From IMG/VR virus record IMGVR_UViG_3300049982_000268, positions 1 to 40,569 of that record: DNA of 40,569 bases; one strand, 5' to 3'. Made by a program: the position numbers and the translations under genes. The notes beneath the pieces are model-generated. The model ran no database searches. It was not told the DNA's origin and saw only the letters and a list, made by a program, of their open reading frames with translations. Shown piece by piece: positions 25,629-34,810 of the stretch. This DNA is from a virus (taxonomy: Duplodnaviria > Caudoviricetes). The number at the start of each line of letters is the position of its first letter. Position 1 is the first letter of the stretch.

Positions 25629-26317
25629 CAGTCGGCCGCCATGAGCTGCCGGACACGCTGCGCGTCGAGGAACTTCCAGATGTCCCAGTCGTGCCGGGCG
25701 TCGGCCAGCGCGTCGTGCTCGGCGGCCTCCTGCTTCGGGAAGTCCTTGTGCGAGACCCCGAGGTCGTGCGCGTAGTGCTGGAGGTCGTGGGTGAACATCG
25801 GCAGGTGGCTCGGCCGCTTCACCATCGGGCCCCAGAGCTGCATCAGGCACACGTGGTCGTAGGCACCGTAGTTCGCCCACAGCTCGACCTCGCCGACGTC
25901 GTCCATCTCGTCGTCGTGCACGCCGTGGTCGAGCCGGTCCAGGAAGTACTTCCGGACCTCGTTGGCGATGACCCACTTCGGCTTCACCTCGGGGTCGGTC
26001 AGGTCCAGCTCCCAGTCGAGCAGGTTGCCGTCGTGGGAGTACCTGTCGGAGTTCGGCCGGAAGTACGGCCCGCGCTCGACCTGAGCGGCCTTGGCCAGCT
26101 GCTCGGCCACCCGGCGGTCGTTGACCAGCGGAAGGTGCCTGATCACGTGCTTGGCCAGGAAGTCGTGCTCGGAGATCCGGCGGTGCAAATCCTCGTCGGT
26201 CTGGATCTCCGAGAAGACCGCGTAGTACTCGGCGAAGTCCTCGGAAGCGATGCCGATGGAGATCGGCACGATGGTCTCGCCGTCCTCCAGAAACTCGAAG
26301 TCGATGAAGTGCTTCAT
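25628..26317 (-). CDS. DEDDh 3'-5' exoribonuclease, Rv2179c/RNase AS-like
   Basis: FIDFEFLEDG...ISIGI...EYYA, ELWANYGAYDHV...QLWGPM...LPMFTHDL, HDALADARH. Confidence 0.9.
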   Translation of the reverse strand: MKHFIDFEFLEDGETIVPISIGIASEDFAEYYAVFSEIQTDEDLHRRISEHDFLAKHVIRHLPLVNDRRVAEQLAKAAQVERGPYFRPNSDRYSHDGNLLDWELDLTDPEVKPKWVIANEVRKYFLDRLDHGVHDDEMDDVGEVELWANYGAYDHVCLMQLWGPMVKRPSHLPMFTHDLQHYAHDLGVSHKDFPKQEAAEHDALADARHDWDIWKFLDAQRVRQLMAAD

Positions 26318-26327
26318 GGTGCTCCTC

Positions 26328-27074
26328 TCAGCGCAGGCTGCGCGAACCGCTGACGGTGGACAGGGCCGAGCGCGGCAGGGAGACGCCCGCTCCCTGGGTG
26401 ACCCGAACGCTCCCGCTCACGGTGCGCGCGGTGAAGTCCTCGGTCTCGGTGCGGGCGCGCACGCTGCCGCTCACGCTCTCCAGCGAACCGCTGCCCAGGA
26501 TGACCTCGGCGTCGATGCTGCCGGAGACGGTGTGCAGGACGGCGTGGGTGACCCGGCCGACCCGGATGCCCCCGCTCGTCGAGTTGAGCCGGGCCGACTG
26601 GGCCTCATCGACGATGAGGTCGCCAGAGACGCTGTGCGCCTGCACCAGGTTGGCCCGGCCGATCACCTGGATGGTGGCGCTGGTCGTGTTGGCCCGCACC
26701 CCGACGTCGGCCGGGAGGTAGACGGTGGCCCGCACGCCGTCGCAGCGCACCGCGTTCCCGCCGCCGCTGACGATCCGGCCGTTGACCATCGTGATGCCGT
26801 TGCCGCCGACGAAGGTCTGGCCGTTGATCGAGACCACGGAGCTGCCGCCGCCGCTGACCATGGTGTCCGGGAGCTTGACGATCACCCGCAACTGACCGTT
26901 CTCCAGCTCGACCGTGGCGCGCTCGATGGCCTTCAGGGCCTCCTCGTCGCCCAGGGTCATCGGCTCCAGCACCACGGCGGCGTTCTTCGCGCCTTCCTTG
27001 GCCCGGACCTCGATGTGGCCCACCGACACCTCGATCTCTGCCGTCCGGCAGGTCTCGTCGAAGATCTTGTTCAT
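26328..27074 (-). CDS. DUF4097-type beta-strand repeat protein
   Basis: Repeated T/S-V-S-G-S/D-x units; start MNKIF at 27074. Confidence 0.8.
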   Translation of the reverse strand: MNKIFDETCRTAEIEVSVGHIEVRAKEGAKNAAVVLEPMTLGDEEALKAIERATVELENGQLRVIVKLPDTMVSGGGSSVVSINGQTFVGGNGITMVNGRIVSGGGNAVRCDGVRATVYLPADVGVRANTTSATIQVIGRANLVQAHSVSGDLIVDEAQSARLNSTSGGIRVGRVTHAVLHTVSGSIDAEVILGSGSLESVSGSVRARTETEDFTARTVSGSVRVTQGAGVSLPRSALSTVSGSRSLR

Positions 27075-27385
27075 GCCAGGGCCTCCACAGGGATCGGGTA
27101 GGAACCGTCGAGGTTCCGGCGGACGTAGACGATGGGCTCGAAGCGCACGCTCAGATTCGGGTAGACCATCTCCTGGAGCTTGCGGGCGACCAGCATGTTG
27201 ACGTTGCACTGCGGGGTGCAGAACCGTCGCGACTGGCCGCCGGAGTCCTTGGCGAAAGCCAGGCCCTTCTCCGGGTGGACGACCCACCACGAGTTCTCGA
27301 TCAGGGAGCGCTCCAGGCCGCCCCCGGTCGCGCTGAACTTCTGGTCGTCCGGCAGGAAGACCAGCCACTCCTCCAGGTTGCTCAC
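27071..27385 (-). CDS. Hypothetical protein
   Basis: Start motif at 27390-27401. Confidence 0.7.
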   Translation of the reverse strand: MSNLEEWLVFLPDDQKFSATGGGLERSLIENSWWVVHPEKGLAFAKDSGGQSRRFCTPQCNVNMLVARKLQEMVYPNLSVRFEPIVYVRRNLDGSYPIPVEALA

Positions 27386-27413
27386 GGTGCCTCCAGTGCG
27401 GCGTTGGTGTTGA

Positions 27414-27752
27414 TCACTCGGTCATTTCGAAAGCGCTGACGGGCTCGAACTTGGCCTTGAGCCGCGTGTACGTGTCGCGCTCCCACTTCTCGTGCTTCGC
27501 GGCGTGGTCCCGGCGCTGACGTTCGCTCCGCTCCAGCTCGTCCAGCGTTGGCTCGTCCTCCCAGTGCAGCTGGATGCCGCCGATCTCCAGCGCCTCGAAG
27601 TCGACCTCGGGGTAATGCTCGGTGAAGTGCTCGCGCAGCTCGCCGAGGGTCACCTTCCGGATCCCGAGGTAGCAGTCGACCCGCAGCGGGGGCTTGTGGT
27701 CCTTGAGATACCGCCGGGGAGCCGCGTCGATCTTGGGCTTCTCGTCGCTCAT
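27414..27752 (-). CDS. Hypothetical protein
   Basis: ATGA coupled. Confidence 0.7.
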   Translation of the reverse strand: MSDEKPKIDAAPRRYLKDHKPPLRVDCYLGIRKVTLGELREHFTEHYPEVDFEALEIGGIQLHWEDEPTLDELERSERQRRDHAAKHEKWERDTYTRLKAKFEPVSAFEMTE

Positions 27753-28087
27753 CGCCGTCCCTTCGCCCGGGCGCGCTGGCGCCGGGTGTACTCATGGCCG
27801 TTCGGGGTGGGGATCATCGGCCGCTCCGCGACCCGCCAGCCGCCTCGGAAGTCAGCGTGTTCGCACCGGCAACCGGCCGGGCCGACGCCGGAGAGGTCGT
27901 GCACACCGCACGGGCAGTAGAACTCCACGCAGCAGCGGTGCTCGCAGACGAGCCGGACCAGATCACCGTCGCTCGGCCGCCCGCAGCACTCGCGCGGCGG
28001 CGGGACGTAGTCCTTCCGGCACTCGTCGAACAGCTCGTGCCAGAAGTCGTCCGAGTCGCACCCGCAGGACAGCAGCTTGACGGTCAC
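27749..28087 (-). CDS. Cys-rich hypothetical protein
   Basis: Many Cys; GTGA coupled. Confidence 0.6.
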   Translation of the reverse strand: MTVKLLSCGCDSDDFWHELFDECRKDYVPPPRECCGRPSDGDLVRLVCEHRCCVEFYCPCGVHDLSGVGPAGCRCEHADFRGGWRVAERPMIPTPNGHEYTRRQRARAKGRR

Positions 28088-28659
28088 TCCGGCTCCTCGG
28101 TCGGCCAGGTGCTCCGCCCGAAGTCCGCGCACTCCTGGTTCTCGCAGGGACCCACCCGGCGGTTGAGGTGGCCCCAGACGCCCTCCACGGCGTACCAGAG
28201 GTGGATGACGCCCTTGGCGTCCTTGAACGGCACACGGGCGGGCTGAGCGCCGAAGACCGAGCCGGTCATCGAGACCAGGTCCGGCCGGAGGCCGAGCGCC
28301 TGTTCGATCAGGTGGTCGGCGTTGTCCACTGCCACCTCGACGTCGGCCAGCCGGAGCCGGGTGAGGGCGTAACTGCCGACGGTCAGGACGACCTTGCCCA
28401 GCCCACCCGCGCAGCCCTTGTCACGCAGCGTCTGGTCGGCCACATTGAACCGGCTTACGAGGTCTTCCAGCTGCCGAGTCTCGGGGACGATCAGCACGCG
28501 GCTCCAGGACGGCCAAACGTCGATCGGCTTGCCGTGCACGAGCCAGTCGACCAGCTGGGTGGTTTTGCCCTCCTGGCGGTCAGCCAGCACCGCGCTGAGG
28601 CCGGTGTGCAGCCGGTGCCGCGCGGGGTACCGGCCCATGAACAGGGCGTCCTCGGTCAT
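28084..28659 (-). CDS. Hypothetical protein with P-loop-like motif
   Basis: DRQEGKTT (Walker A-like) and VAVDNAD (Walker B-like). Confidence 0.6.
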   Translation of the reverse strand: MTEDALFMGRYPARHRLHTGLSAVLADRQEGKTTQLVDWLVHGKPIDVWPSWSRVLIVPETRQLEDLVSRFNVADQTLRDKGCAGGLGKVVLTVGSYALTRLRLADVEVAVDNADHLIEQALGLRPDLVSMTGSVFGAQPARVPFKDAKGVIHLWYAVEGVWGHLNRRVGPCENQECADFGRSTWPTEEPE

Positions 28660-28841
28660 CAGTCTGTCTCCTCCGTCCCAAACCCGCCGACGTTCGCGCC
28701 GTTGCCGTCGCGCAGGATGCCTTCCGTGTCGCCCTGCTCCACCCGGTCGGCCAGCGTGCGCAGGATCCTTGCGGTTTCCTGGCCAGCATCCGGCGCGAAG
28801 GCCGAGTTGTCGGTGCGGACCTCCACTCGCAGAACCGCCAT
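28659..28841 (-). CDS. Small phage protein
   Basis: TDNSAF...ETARILRTLA...LRDGNGANVG. Confidence 0.7.
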   Translation of the reverse strand: MAVLRVEVRTDNSAFAPDAGQETARILRTLADRVEQGDTEGILRDGNGANVGGFGTEETD

Positions 28842-29131
28842 CAGACTGCCGGTCCGTTGTCCGAGAGGTTGGGCCGCTGGAATCCCGGCGAGACCTCGTC
28901 CTCGTCGGGCTCCGAGCCCTGGGGGCCGTCGCCGACGACCGAGCGGACAGCCTTCTGGATGCAGCCGCGCTTGCAGGCGTAGAAGTCGCCGCCCATCTCG
29001 CCGTTGTTCTTGCGCGAGGACAGCTCGACCTTGCCGTGGAAGCCCTCGGGCCTCTCGTCCTGCTCGGTCTTCACCGAGCTACCGCAGCCGTCGCACGTCC
29101 AGCGCTTGGCGGTGATCTCTTCGACAGCCAT
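28841..29131 (-). CDS. Hypothetical Zn-binding protein
   Basis: CDGC...CKRGC; GAGG RBS. Confidence 0.7.
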   Translation of the reverse strand: MAVEEITAKRWTCDGCGSSVKTEQDERPEGFHGKVELSSRKNNGEMGGDFYACKRGCIQKAVRSVVGDGPQGSEPDEDEVSPGFQRPNLSDNGPAV

Positions 29132-29154
29132 GAGTTCCTCTCGGAGGGGGCTCT

Positions 29155-29197
29155 TACTCGAATGGGTAGATTACTCGATGGGGTAACGCTAGCGCAA
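29155..29197 (-). promoter_or_regulatory. Promoter with tandem operators
   Basis: TTGCGC-N18-TAATCT; TACTCGAATGGGTA (29155-29168) and TACTCGATGGGGTA (29172-29185). Confidence 0.7.
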
Positions 29198-29641
29198 CCT
29201 GTCGCGACGGCGTTCCCGCCCGCGCTCGATCTCCATCGCCAGGGCGGTGCCGCGCTCCGTGCCGGAACCGGCCAGGCGCTCGATGGCCAGCTTCTCCAGG
29301 GCGTCGTTGTGACCGCTGGCGGGCTCGTAGCGGCCCAGGCTCGCGGCGTCCAGCGCCACGATCTCCTGGTAGTTCAGCTTGGCCTGCTCGCGCAGGCGCT
29401 CCTGGTACGGGGTCATCTCGCGCCGGGGGAAGGCGTACCCGAGCGCCTCCCGGAAGGTCTCCCACATCATCGGGGCCTCGCCGTAGTGCTCGGAGTTGTA
29501 GACCTCGTACACCACGACCCTGCCCCACTTCAGGCACAGGATGGCGATGGCGGCCGGGCCCTGCTTGGCGGCCATGATCAGTGTGCGTCGGGCCCGCGAC
29601 CGGCGGGTCAGGCGGTTTTCGATCCAGGCGGAGATCTTCAT
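29189..29641 (-). CDS. Hypothetical protein
   Basis: MKISAWIENR..., ATGA coupled. Confidence 0.6.
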   Translation of the reverse strand: MKISAWIENRLTRRSRARRTLIMAAKQGPAAIAILCLKWGRVVVYEVYNSEHYGEAPMMWETFREALGYAFPRREMTPYQERLREQAKLNYQEIVALDAASLGRYEPASGHNDALEKLAIERLAGSGTERGTALAMEIERGRERRRDRLR

Positions 29642-30306
29642 CGCAGCATCAGCTCCAGTGCGCTCTTCTCGGTGGCGGTGATGGTCAGGCCGAACTTGGC
29701 CTTCACGGTGATCCAGTTGCTGGCGTAGGTGTGCCAGTACGAGACCAGCGGGGGCTTCCACTGGTCCGGCCGCCGGTCGCCCTTCTGCTGGTTCAGCGTG
29801 TCGGTGACGGCGATCAGCTGTGGGTCGGTCAAGTCGTTGGCGAACTCGATCCGGCGGGCCGGGGTCCAGGCCCAGGCTCCGGAGGCCCAGGCCTCGCCGA
29901 GCGGGACCACGTGGTCGATGTCGACCTGGTCGGCCCGGGACCAGAGTTTGTCGTCGTAGGGACTGCGCCAGGACCCGGCGATCGCGCGGCACTGCGCGTC
30001 GGTCCGGACCCCGAGACCCTGGACCCGCAGGACCGTCTCGCGGGTGTCGCATCCGCGCCCCTGGCTGGCCCAGTCCCGGCCGAACTTGGCCCGCTCGTAC
30101 TTCCCGACCGGGTGCGGGTTCTCGACGCGCAAGGACCCCAGCCGAGCCCGCACGACGTCGTCCCCGCCTGCCGGGGCGATCCCGCGCGGTGGCGGCGCCG
30201 AGGTCTGGAGCTGTCTCGTGATGTCGGAGCAGCCGCTGAGAACGGCGCCCGCCAGCACGAGACCGGCGAGAGCGATCAGGGGTTTCCGCAGGTCAAGCTT
30301 GATCAT
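29638..30306 (-). CDS. Secreted lipoprotein HNH nuclease (DUF1524-like)
   Basis: Lipobox LSGC; YERAKFG.DW, CDTRETVL, DIDHVVPLGEAWASGA, FANDL, NQQKGD. Confidence 0.85.
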   Translation of the reverse strand: MIKLDLRKPLIALAGLVLAGAVLSGCSDITRQLQTSAPPPRGIAPAGGDDVVRARLGSLRVENPHPVGKYERAKFGRDWASQGRGCDTRETVLRVQGLGVRTDAQCRAIAGSWRSPYDDKLWSRADQVDIDHVVPLGEAWASGAWAWTPARRIEFANDLTDPQLIAVTDTLNQQKGDRRPDQWKPPLVSYWHTYASNWITVKAKFGLTITATEKSALELMLR

Positions 30307-30572
30307 CGCTTCCTCGTGTCCTTGCCGACGTTGCGAGACCCGCTCCAGCTCCGGCGTCCGCGTTGGGTGGGTTTGTGGGTGCTCGGCGGCCGGGCGTACT
30401 TGCGCTTGCTCGTCAAGACCCAGTGCTCGCACCAGTCGCACTGGATCACCCGGCAGGGGTTGTACTCCCGCCACGGGTCCGGGTCCGCCTTGATCAAGTC
30501 CAAGGCGGTCTGGGCGTGCTCGCGGTCCCAGTAGTGGGTCTTCGGGTTCTCGCACGGCGGGCAGGTCTTCAC
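30303..30572 (-). CDS. Hypothetical Zn-finger protein
   Basis: CPPC...CDWCEHW; GTGA coupled. Confidence 0.6.
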   Translation of the reverse strand: MKTCPPCENPKTHYWDREHAQTALDLIKADPDPWREYNPCRVIQCDWCEHWVLTSKRKYARPPSTHKPTQRGRRSWSGSRNVGKDTRKR

Positions 30573-31243
30573 AGAGCCCAGTCCTTCCACGCGCGGTACT
30601 TCTCGGCGATCCCGGTCCGGACCAGGTCCCACGTCCAGCACTCCGGGTAGCTGGTGTCCTCGCTGTAGCCCTCCCGGCAGCAGTCGCCGTCGCAGCCGCC
30701 CCGGTGGCCCGGCACGGTGACCTCGCGGATGGTGTCGGCGTGGACCAGCTCACGGTGCGGCACGCCACCGCTCTCCGGCACCGTCTCGTGCACCGCCGGG
30801 GCGCTTGTGGGACACGTCTCCAGCAAGCCGTAGGCGAAGCGGCCGTCCAGCGCCGTCGCCTCGACGAGCGGTCGGTTGTACACCTCGCGGGCCTGCCCGC
30901 GCTTGAGCAGGTCCTGCACGTTCTGCCACATCTCGTTCTCCTTCGCGGCCAGTCGGGACTTCTCCATGAGTTGTGCGAACTCGTCCACGAACACGCCGAC
31001 GATCTGCGGACCCCGCGTGGTCTTGAGGGCCTGCGGCGCGTCGCGGAGCGGGTCTTCGACGGGGACCTGGTTGTGCCAGGCCTCGCCGGGCTCGGGCAGG
31101 GCCTGCCACTGCTGAAGCTCGCCCTCGACCCAGGACCAGTGCACGGCGCCCGGGTGCTCGGCGAAGTCGCACCGGCGGCCGTTGCGGCTTGTCGCCGGGC
31201 AGAACGTCCGGTCCTCAGAAACCTTGTTCGATCGCGCACTCAT
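30569..31243 (-). CDS. Hypothetical protein
   Basis: 224-aa ORF in operon. Confidence 0.6.
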   Translation of the reverse strand: MSARSNKVSEDRTFCPATSRNGRRCDFAEHPGAVHWSWVEGELQQWQALPEPGEAWHNQVPVEDPLRDAPQALKTTRGPQIVGVFVDEFAQLMEKSRLAAKENEMWQNVQDLLKRGQAREVYNRPLVEATALDGRFAYGLLETCPTSAPAVHETVPESGGVPHRELVHADTIREVTVPGHRGGCDGDCCREGYSEDTSYPECWTWDLVRTGIAEKYRAWKDWAL

Positions 31244-31955
31244 TGCACATTCCCTTCGCGGCCATCTGCCCGGGCTTGCGGTAGCAGTAGCAAACGTTGC
31301 AGAAGCCGACCGCGTTGCCGCCCACGTGCGCTGCCCGGAAGCTGGCAGGCTGCGCTGCCGGGCTTGACTCGTCCAGCCGAACAGGCTTCACGTAGAGGTT
31401 CTTGGGGACCTTCATCCGCGCCTTGAGCGCACGCTGCCGCTCGGAATACGAGGACCACTCCTCGATCGGCTTGTCCGAGTCGACCGTCTCGGGATCGACC
31501 GAGACCTTCTCGGGCTTGGTGAGACCCTTGACCTGGGCGCCCTCGGGCTTGGTCTCCAGCAGGAAGTTCAAGTTCTCCGCGACCGCCCACTTCAGGGCCT
31601 GGTCGTCCTCCGCCTCGGCCTGCTGACCGAGCTTGTGCCAGTAGGACGCGCGGGCCTGCCAGTCCTGGATCGCCGCGCTGCGCTCTTCCTTGCGACGGTC
31701 CATCTCAACGGCGGCCCGGTCGGCCTTCGAGGGCTCGCGCAAGAGCGATGCGGGCGCCTTCTGGAAGACGATGGCGGTCATGATCCACATGACGAGCCAG
31801 ACCGGCCAGAGCAGCGCCCAGAGCAAGGCAAGTACCCGGTTCAGTTCGTGGCCCGAGCGGTGTTCGACGCGGCGCCGGGCAGTGACGTAGAAGCGGCAGC
31901 CGTAGTGGCCGTACGTCAGCCCGATGATGAAGTTGAGCAGGAGATCCCAGTTCAT
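31215..31955 (-). CDS. Membrane-anchored hypothetical protein
   Basis: N-terminal TM segments and a C-terminal CxxC pair; start motif at 31965. Confidence 0.7.
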   Translation of the reverse strand: MNWDLLLNFIIGLTYGHYGCRFYVTARRRVEHRSGHELNRVLALLWALLWPVWLVMWIMTAIVFQKAPASLLREPSKADRAAVEMDRRKEERSAAIQDWQARASYWHKLGQQAEAEDDQALKWAVAENLNFLLETKPEGAQVKGLTKPEKVSVDPETVDSDKPIEEWSSYSERQRALKARMKVPKNLYVKPVRLDESSPAAQPASFRAAHVGGNAVGFCNVCYCYRKPGQMAAKGMCNECAIEQGF

Positions 31956-31991
31956 ACGGGTTCACCTCCGGTGCGGTGGGTTGATAGGTCG

Positions 31992-32020
31992 AGAGTACTA
32001 CCCGAATGAGTAGTGCGCAA
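31992..32020 (-). promoter_or_regulatory. Promoter with operator
   Basis: TTGCGC-N17-TACTCT; TACCCGAATGAGTA at 31999-32012. Confidence 0.65.
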
Positions 32021-32100
32021 GTGGAGATCTTCTCGGCCGCTTATCACCGCGATCTCGCGAGATTCCGGCGTCTTGCCGTGAGATCGTTATCCGGAGACGC

Positions 32101-32228
32101 AAGAAGCCCCCGACCTGTCTCCGGGGAGGGAAACGAGCCGGGGGCTCCATGCGCAGTCAACTCCTGTTGCGTTACCACCACCTTCCCGTGAGGGCGGCAG
32201 GAGCGCGGCGCGAGAACTTGACTGCTTC
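32101..32228 (-). ncRNA. Putative stand-alone small RNA (long hairpin plus terminator)
   Basis: Stems GCAGTCAA/TTGACTGC and CTCCTG/CAGGAG, then an AGCCCCCG...CGGGGGCT hairpin with TCTT tail; extended -10 TGC-TACGGT just upstream. Confidence 0.5.
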
Positions 32229-32280
32229 ACCACCGTAGCACAACGGGTAGTCCTTGAGGCAACCCCGGGTATCGTCACAA

Positions 32281-32439
32281 TCAGCCGCCGGTCATGGTGT
32301 CTCGCGCGATCGCAAGCAGTTCGTCCACCTCGGTCTCACTGCCCTCGTAGGTAGCCCAGGCATGATCTTTGCTCGCGCGTGCGCTGACGCTGTAGCGGCG
32401 GAGGTTCTCATCCCAGTAGACCTCGATCAGGGGTTCCAT
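32281..32439 (-). CDS. Small hypothetical protein
   Basis: MEPLIEVYW...; AAGGAG RBS, TGATG coupling. Confidence 0.6.
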   Translation of the reverse strand: MEPLIEVYWDENLRRYSVSARASKDHAWATYEGSETEVDELLAIARDTMTGG

Positions 32440-32588
32440 CACGAGAACCAGCTCCTTATCCAGAAGAAGGTGTCGTGCACCCGGAAGGCGGCATCCACCG
32501 GGTTGACGATGACGTAGATGATCAAGCCACAGACGATCAGGCGCTTGAGCCACTTGCCGCCGCCGATCTTGCGCTTCGTCTCGGCCAT
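32439..32588 (-). CDS. Small membrane protein
   Basis: MAETKRKIGGGKWLKRLIVCGLIIYVIVNP... Confidence 0.6.
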   Translation of the reverse strand: MAETKRKIGGGKWLKRLIVCGLIIYVIVNPVDAAFRVHDTFFWIRSWFS

Positions 32589-32589
32589 G

Positions 32590-32919
32590 TCAGCCCCCGT
32601 CGCGCGGGGGCAGGGTGGGTGTGGCCAGGTACTGCTCGATCGGCTGCGGGCCGTCGTAGTGGCGGCAGGTGCACTGCACCCACTGGTCGCCGAGCCAGTT
32701 CCCCGCCTTGTCACGCATGCTCCGGCGCAGCACCTGCCCGTGGCAGTTCCCCCGCTTCTCGTCGTGCTGGCCGAGGCCGTGGGAGCACGAGCAGATGGCC
32801 TTGGGCGTCGCCTCCAACGGCGAGAGGACGCGCCGGAAGGTGCCGAAGACGAAGCCCAGCACGACGCCGATGAGCAGGATGGCGGCGCCGATGAGCAGGC
32901 TGATGGGATCCATGATCAT
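32590..32919 (-). CDS. Membrane-anchored Cys/His protein
   Basis: TM helix then CSCSHG..HD...C and CTCRHYDGP. Confidence 0.7.
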   Translation of the reverse strand: MIMDPISLLIGAAILLIGVVLGFVFGTFRRVLSPLEATPKAICSCSHGLGQHDEKRGNCHGQVLRRSMRDKAGNWLGDQWVQCTCRHYDGPQPIEQYLATPTLPPRDGG

Positions 32920-33251
32920 TCTCCGTGGATGGGGCAGCAGGGGTCGATCTCCGACCCGGGACGAGGGACGACGAAGTGTCGGTCCGGCGTGAGGCTGTAG
33001 GGCCAGCTGCCGAACAGGCGCAGCCAGGACTCGAACTCGACGGCGCCCGGCCAGTCCGCGCAGCTGCACTCCAGGTGCATCTCGGGGTTGCAGACCGGGC
33101 AGTCCGGGTCGACGCCGTGCTGCATGATGCCCACGCCGACGTCCACGAACGGGCAGATGCACCGCTCCTCGCCGCCGCGCCCGGCGTACTTCGGCCAGGC
33201 CCAGATCTTCGGGGTCTCCTGGTCGCCGGTGGACTGGATTCGAACGCTCAT
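32916..33251 (-). CDS. Cys-rich hypothetical protein
   Basis: Two CxC...DPxC repeats; GGAGG RBS. Confidence 0.65.
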   Translation of the reverse strand: MSVRIQSTGDQETPKIWAWPKYAGRGGEERCICPFVDVGVGIMQHGVDPDCPVCNPEMHLECSCADWPGAVEFESWLRLFGSWPYSLTPDRHFVVPRPGSEIDPCCPIHGE

Positions 33252-33484
33252 GCCACCTCCTCGCGCACCTGGTCGTAGTAGCGCTCGACGGCCTGGCAGT
33301 CGCACAGCATCGCCGGGCCGGACAACGGGTGCCAACCCTCCACCGAGCTGCACCGCTCGTTGTGCTCCAAGTCGGTGGAGTCCTGGATCTTCCAGGCCAG
33401 GCTGATGCTTAGGAACTCGTCGGTGGCGATCCGAGCCCGAAGGGCTTCGGGGGACAGGAAGTGCGGGGACTCTTTGTCGATCAT
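33248..33484 (-). CDS. Hypothetical protein
   Basis: Start motif at 33492-33503. Confidence 0.65.
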   Translation of the reverse strand: MIDKESPHFLSPEALRARIATDEFLSISLAWKIQDSTDLEHNERCSSVEGWHPLSGPAMLCDCQAVERYYDQVREEVA

Positions 33485-33879
33485 GCGGTCTCCTCCGGTG
33501 CGGATGTGGCGCGCCATGCGGCCAGTCGCAGGAGCCCGACCATCGCGCAGCCCGCGATCGGGTCGTTGTCCCACGACACGACCACGCCGTGGTGGCGCCG
33601 CATGGTGTGGTCGATGATCTTCAAACCGGACGAGACGCGGTGCTGAGACACCCTGCGACCGGTGACCATCTTGAAGTCGAACTCCTCGGTCGGCGTGCCC
33701 CAGACCTTGCAGGCGCCGACGCAGTGCGGGTGGCGGCCCTTGGCCAGGATCGTCTCGCCGGTCTCGTCACGCTCGATCAGCGGCTCGCCGTCGGGGGTGT
33801 GGTGGTAACCCAGCACGCAGTCACACGGCACGGGGATCTCGTCCTCCATGCGCATGTGCGGCTGGGTCGGGATCCTCAT
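33481..33879 (-). CDS. Hypothetical protein
   Basis: MRIPTQ..., ATGA coupled. Confidence 0.6.
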   Translation of the reverse strand: MRIPTQPHMRMEDEIPVPCDCVLGYHHTPDGEPLIERDETGETILAKGRHPHCVGACKVWGTPTEEFDFKMVTGRRVSQHRVSSGLKIIDHTMRRHHGVVVSWDNDPIAGCAMVGLLRLAAWRATSAPEETA

Positions 33880-34115
33880 GTCGAGTTCGCGTCCTTTCCC
33901 GGCTCGATGCGTTCGATGGTCAGGGCGACGCCCGGCGGCGGGGTGAACTGCGCGATCGTCTCCTCCAGTACGCACAGCAGGCACTCGCCGACCGCCGGGT
34001 TGTGGCCGCCGGGGTGCACCAGGTCGGTGTGCCCGCAGTTCGGACACGGCACGCCGATCATCGAGTTCGCCGGGATGCCCGAGCGGCAGACGCCGCCGTT
34101 CCTGTGATCGGTCAT
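33876..34115 (-). CDS. Hypothetical Zn-binding protein
   Basis: CPNCGH...H...CLLC; GGAGG RBS. Confidence 0.65.
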   Translation of the reverse strand: MTDHRNGGVCRSGIPANSMIGVPCPNCGHTDLVHPGGHNPAVGECLLCVLEETIAQFTPPPGVALTIERIEPGKDANST

Positions 34116-34810
34116 CGGGTGCGCACCTCCAGCGGCCAGAAGTCGTCGCCGAGGTCGCCGAGGCGGCCGTGCGGCCGATTGAAGGGATGCGGCAGGCCCA
34201 GCTGGCGCGTGACGGCGTCGGAGGTCTTGCCGAGCACCAGGAGGCCCGGGAACTGAGCCCGGGTCTCCACGGGCAGATAGGCCGGGTAGATCTTGTGCTG
34301 CCGGACGCTGGCCAGCACGTGCACGCGACCAGCCCGGCCGACTCGGAGCAGGCGGCCGAGGCCGTTCATGAACTGCTTGCCCAGCTCGTCGTACGGCGCC
34401 CAGCGGCTCTCGATCTCGTCGAGGATGTCGTGCAGCTCCGGGATCGTCACCAGCATCGGCGCGATCTCCTCGCCGCCCTCGATCCGCTCGGCGCGCTCCA
34501 GCGCGACCGTGCCCAACCGGGCGACCTCGGCCGCGCACTCCTCCGAGGTCATGTGCATCCACGGCTCGTGCCTGGGCCACCGGCCGCCCTTCGGGTCCAG
34601 CTGGGCGCGTTCGCCGTCGTACTTGCGAGCCACGAACCGGACGAGGTTCTCCCCGGCGCCGTAGTTCTCGCGCTCGATGACGAGTAGGTGTGGCAGCTGC
34701 TCCCAAGCCCAGATGGCCTCCAGGCCGCTCTCGTACCGGCCGATCTTGAGACCCGGCGTGGTGGTGTGCCGGAAGAACCGGACCTTGCTCATGCTGCGCT
34801 TGAAGATCAT
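34112..34810 (-). CDS. Degenerate FtsK/TraB-like P-loop domain protein
   Basis: MLVTIPELHDIL (Walker B-like, D replaced) and RLLRVGRAGRVHVLAS resemble FtsK motifs; no intact Walker A. Confidence 0.55.
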   Translation of the reverse strand: MIFKRSMSKVRFFRHTTTPGLKIGRYESGLEAIWAWEQLPHLLVIERENYGAGENLVRFVARKYDGERAQLDPKGGRWPRHEPWMHMTSEECAAEVARLGTVALERAERIEGGEEIAPMLVTIPELHDILDEIESRWAPYDELGKQFMNGLGRLLRVGRAGRVHVLASVRQHKIYPAYLPVETRAQFPGLLVLGKTSDAVTRQLGLPHPFNRPHGRLGDLGDDFWPLEVRTR

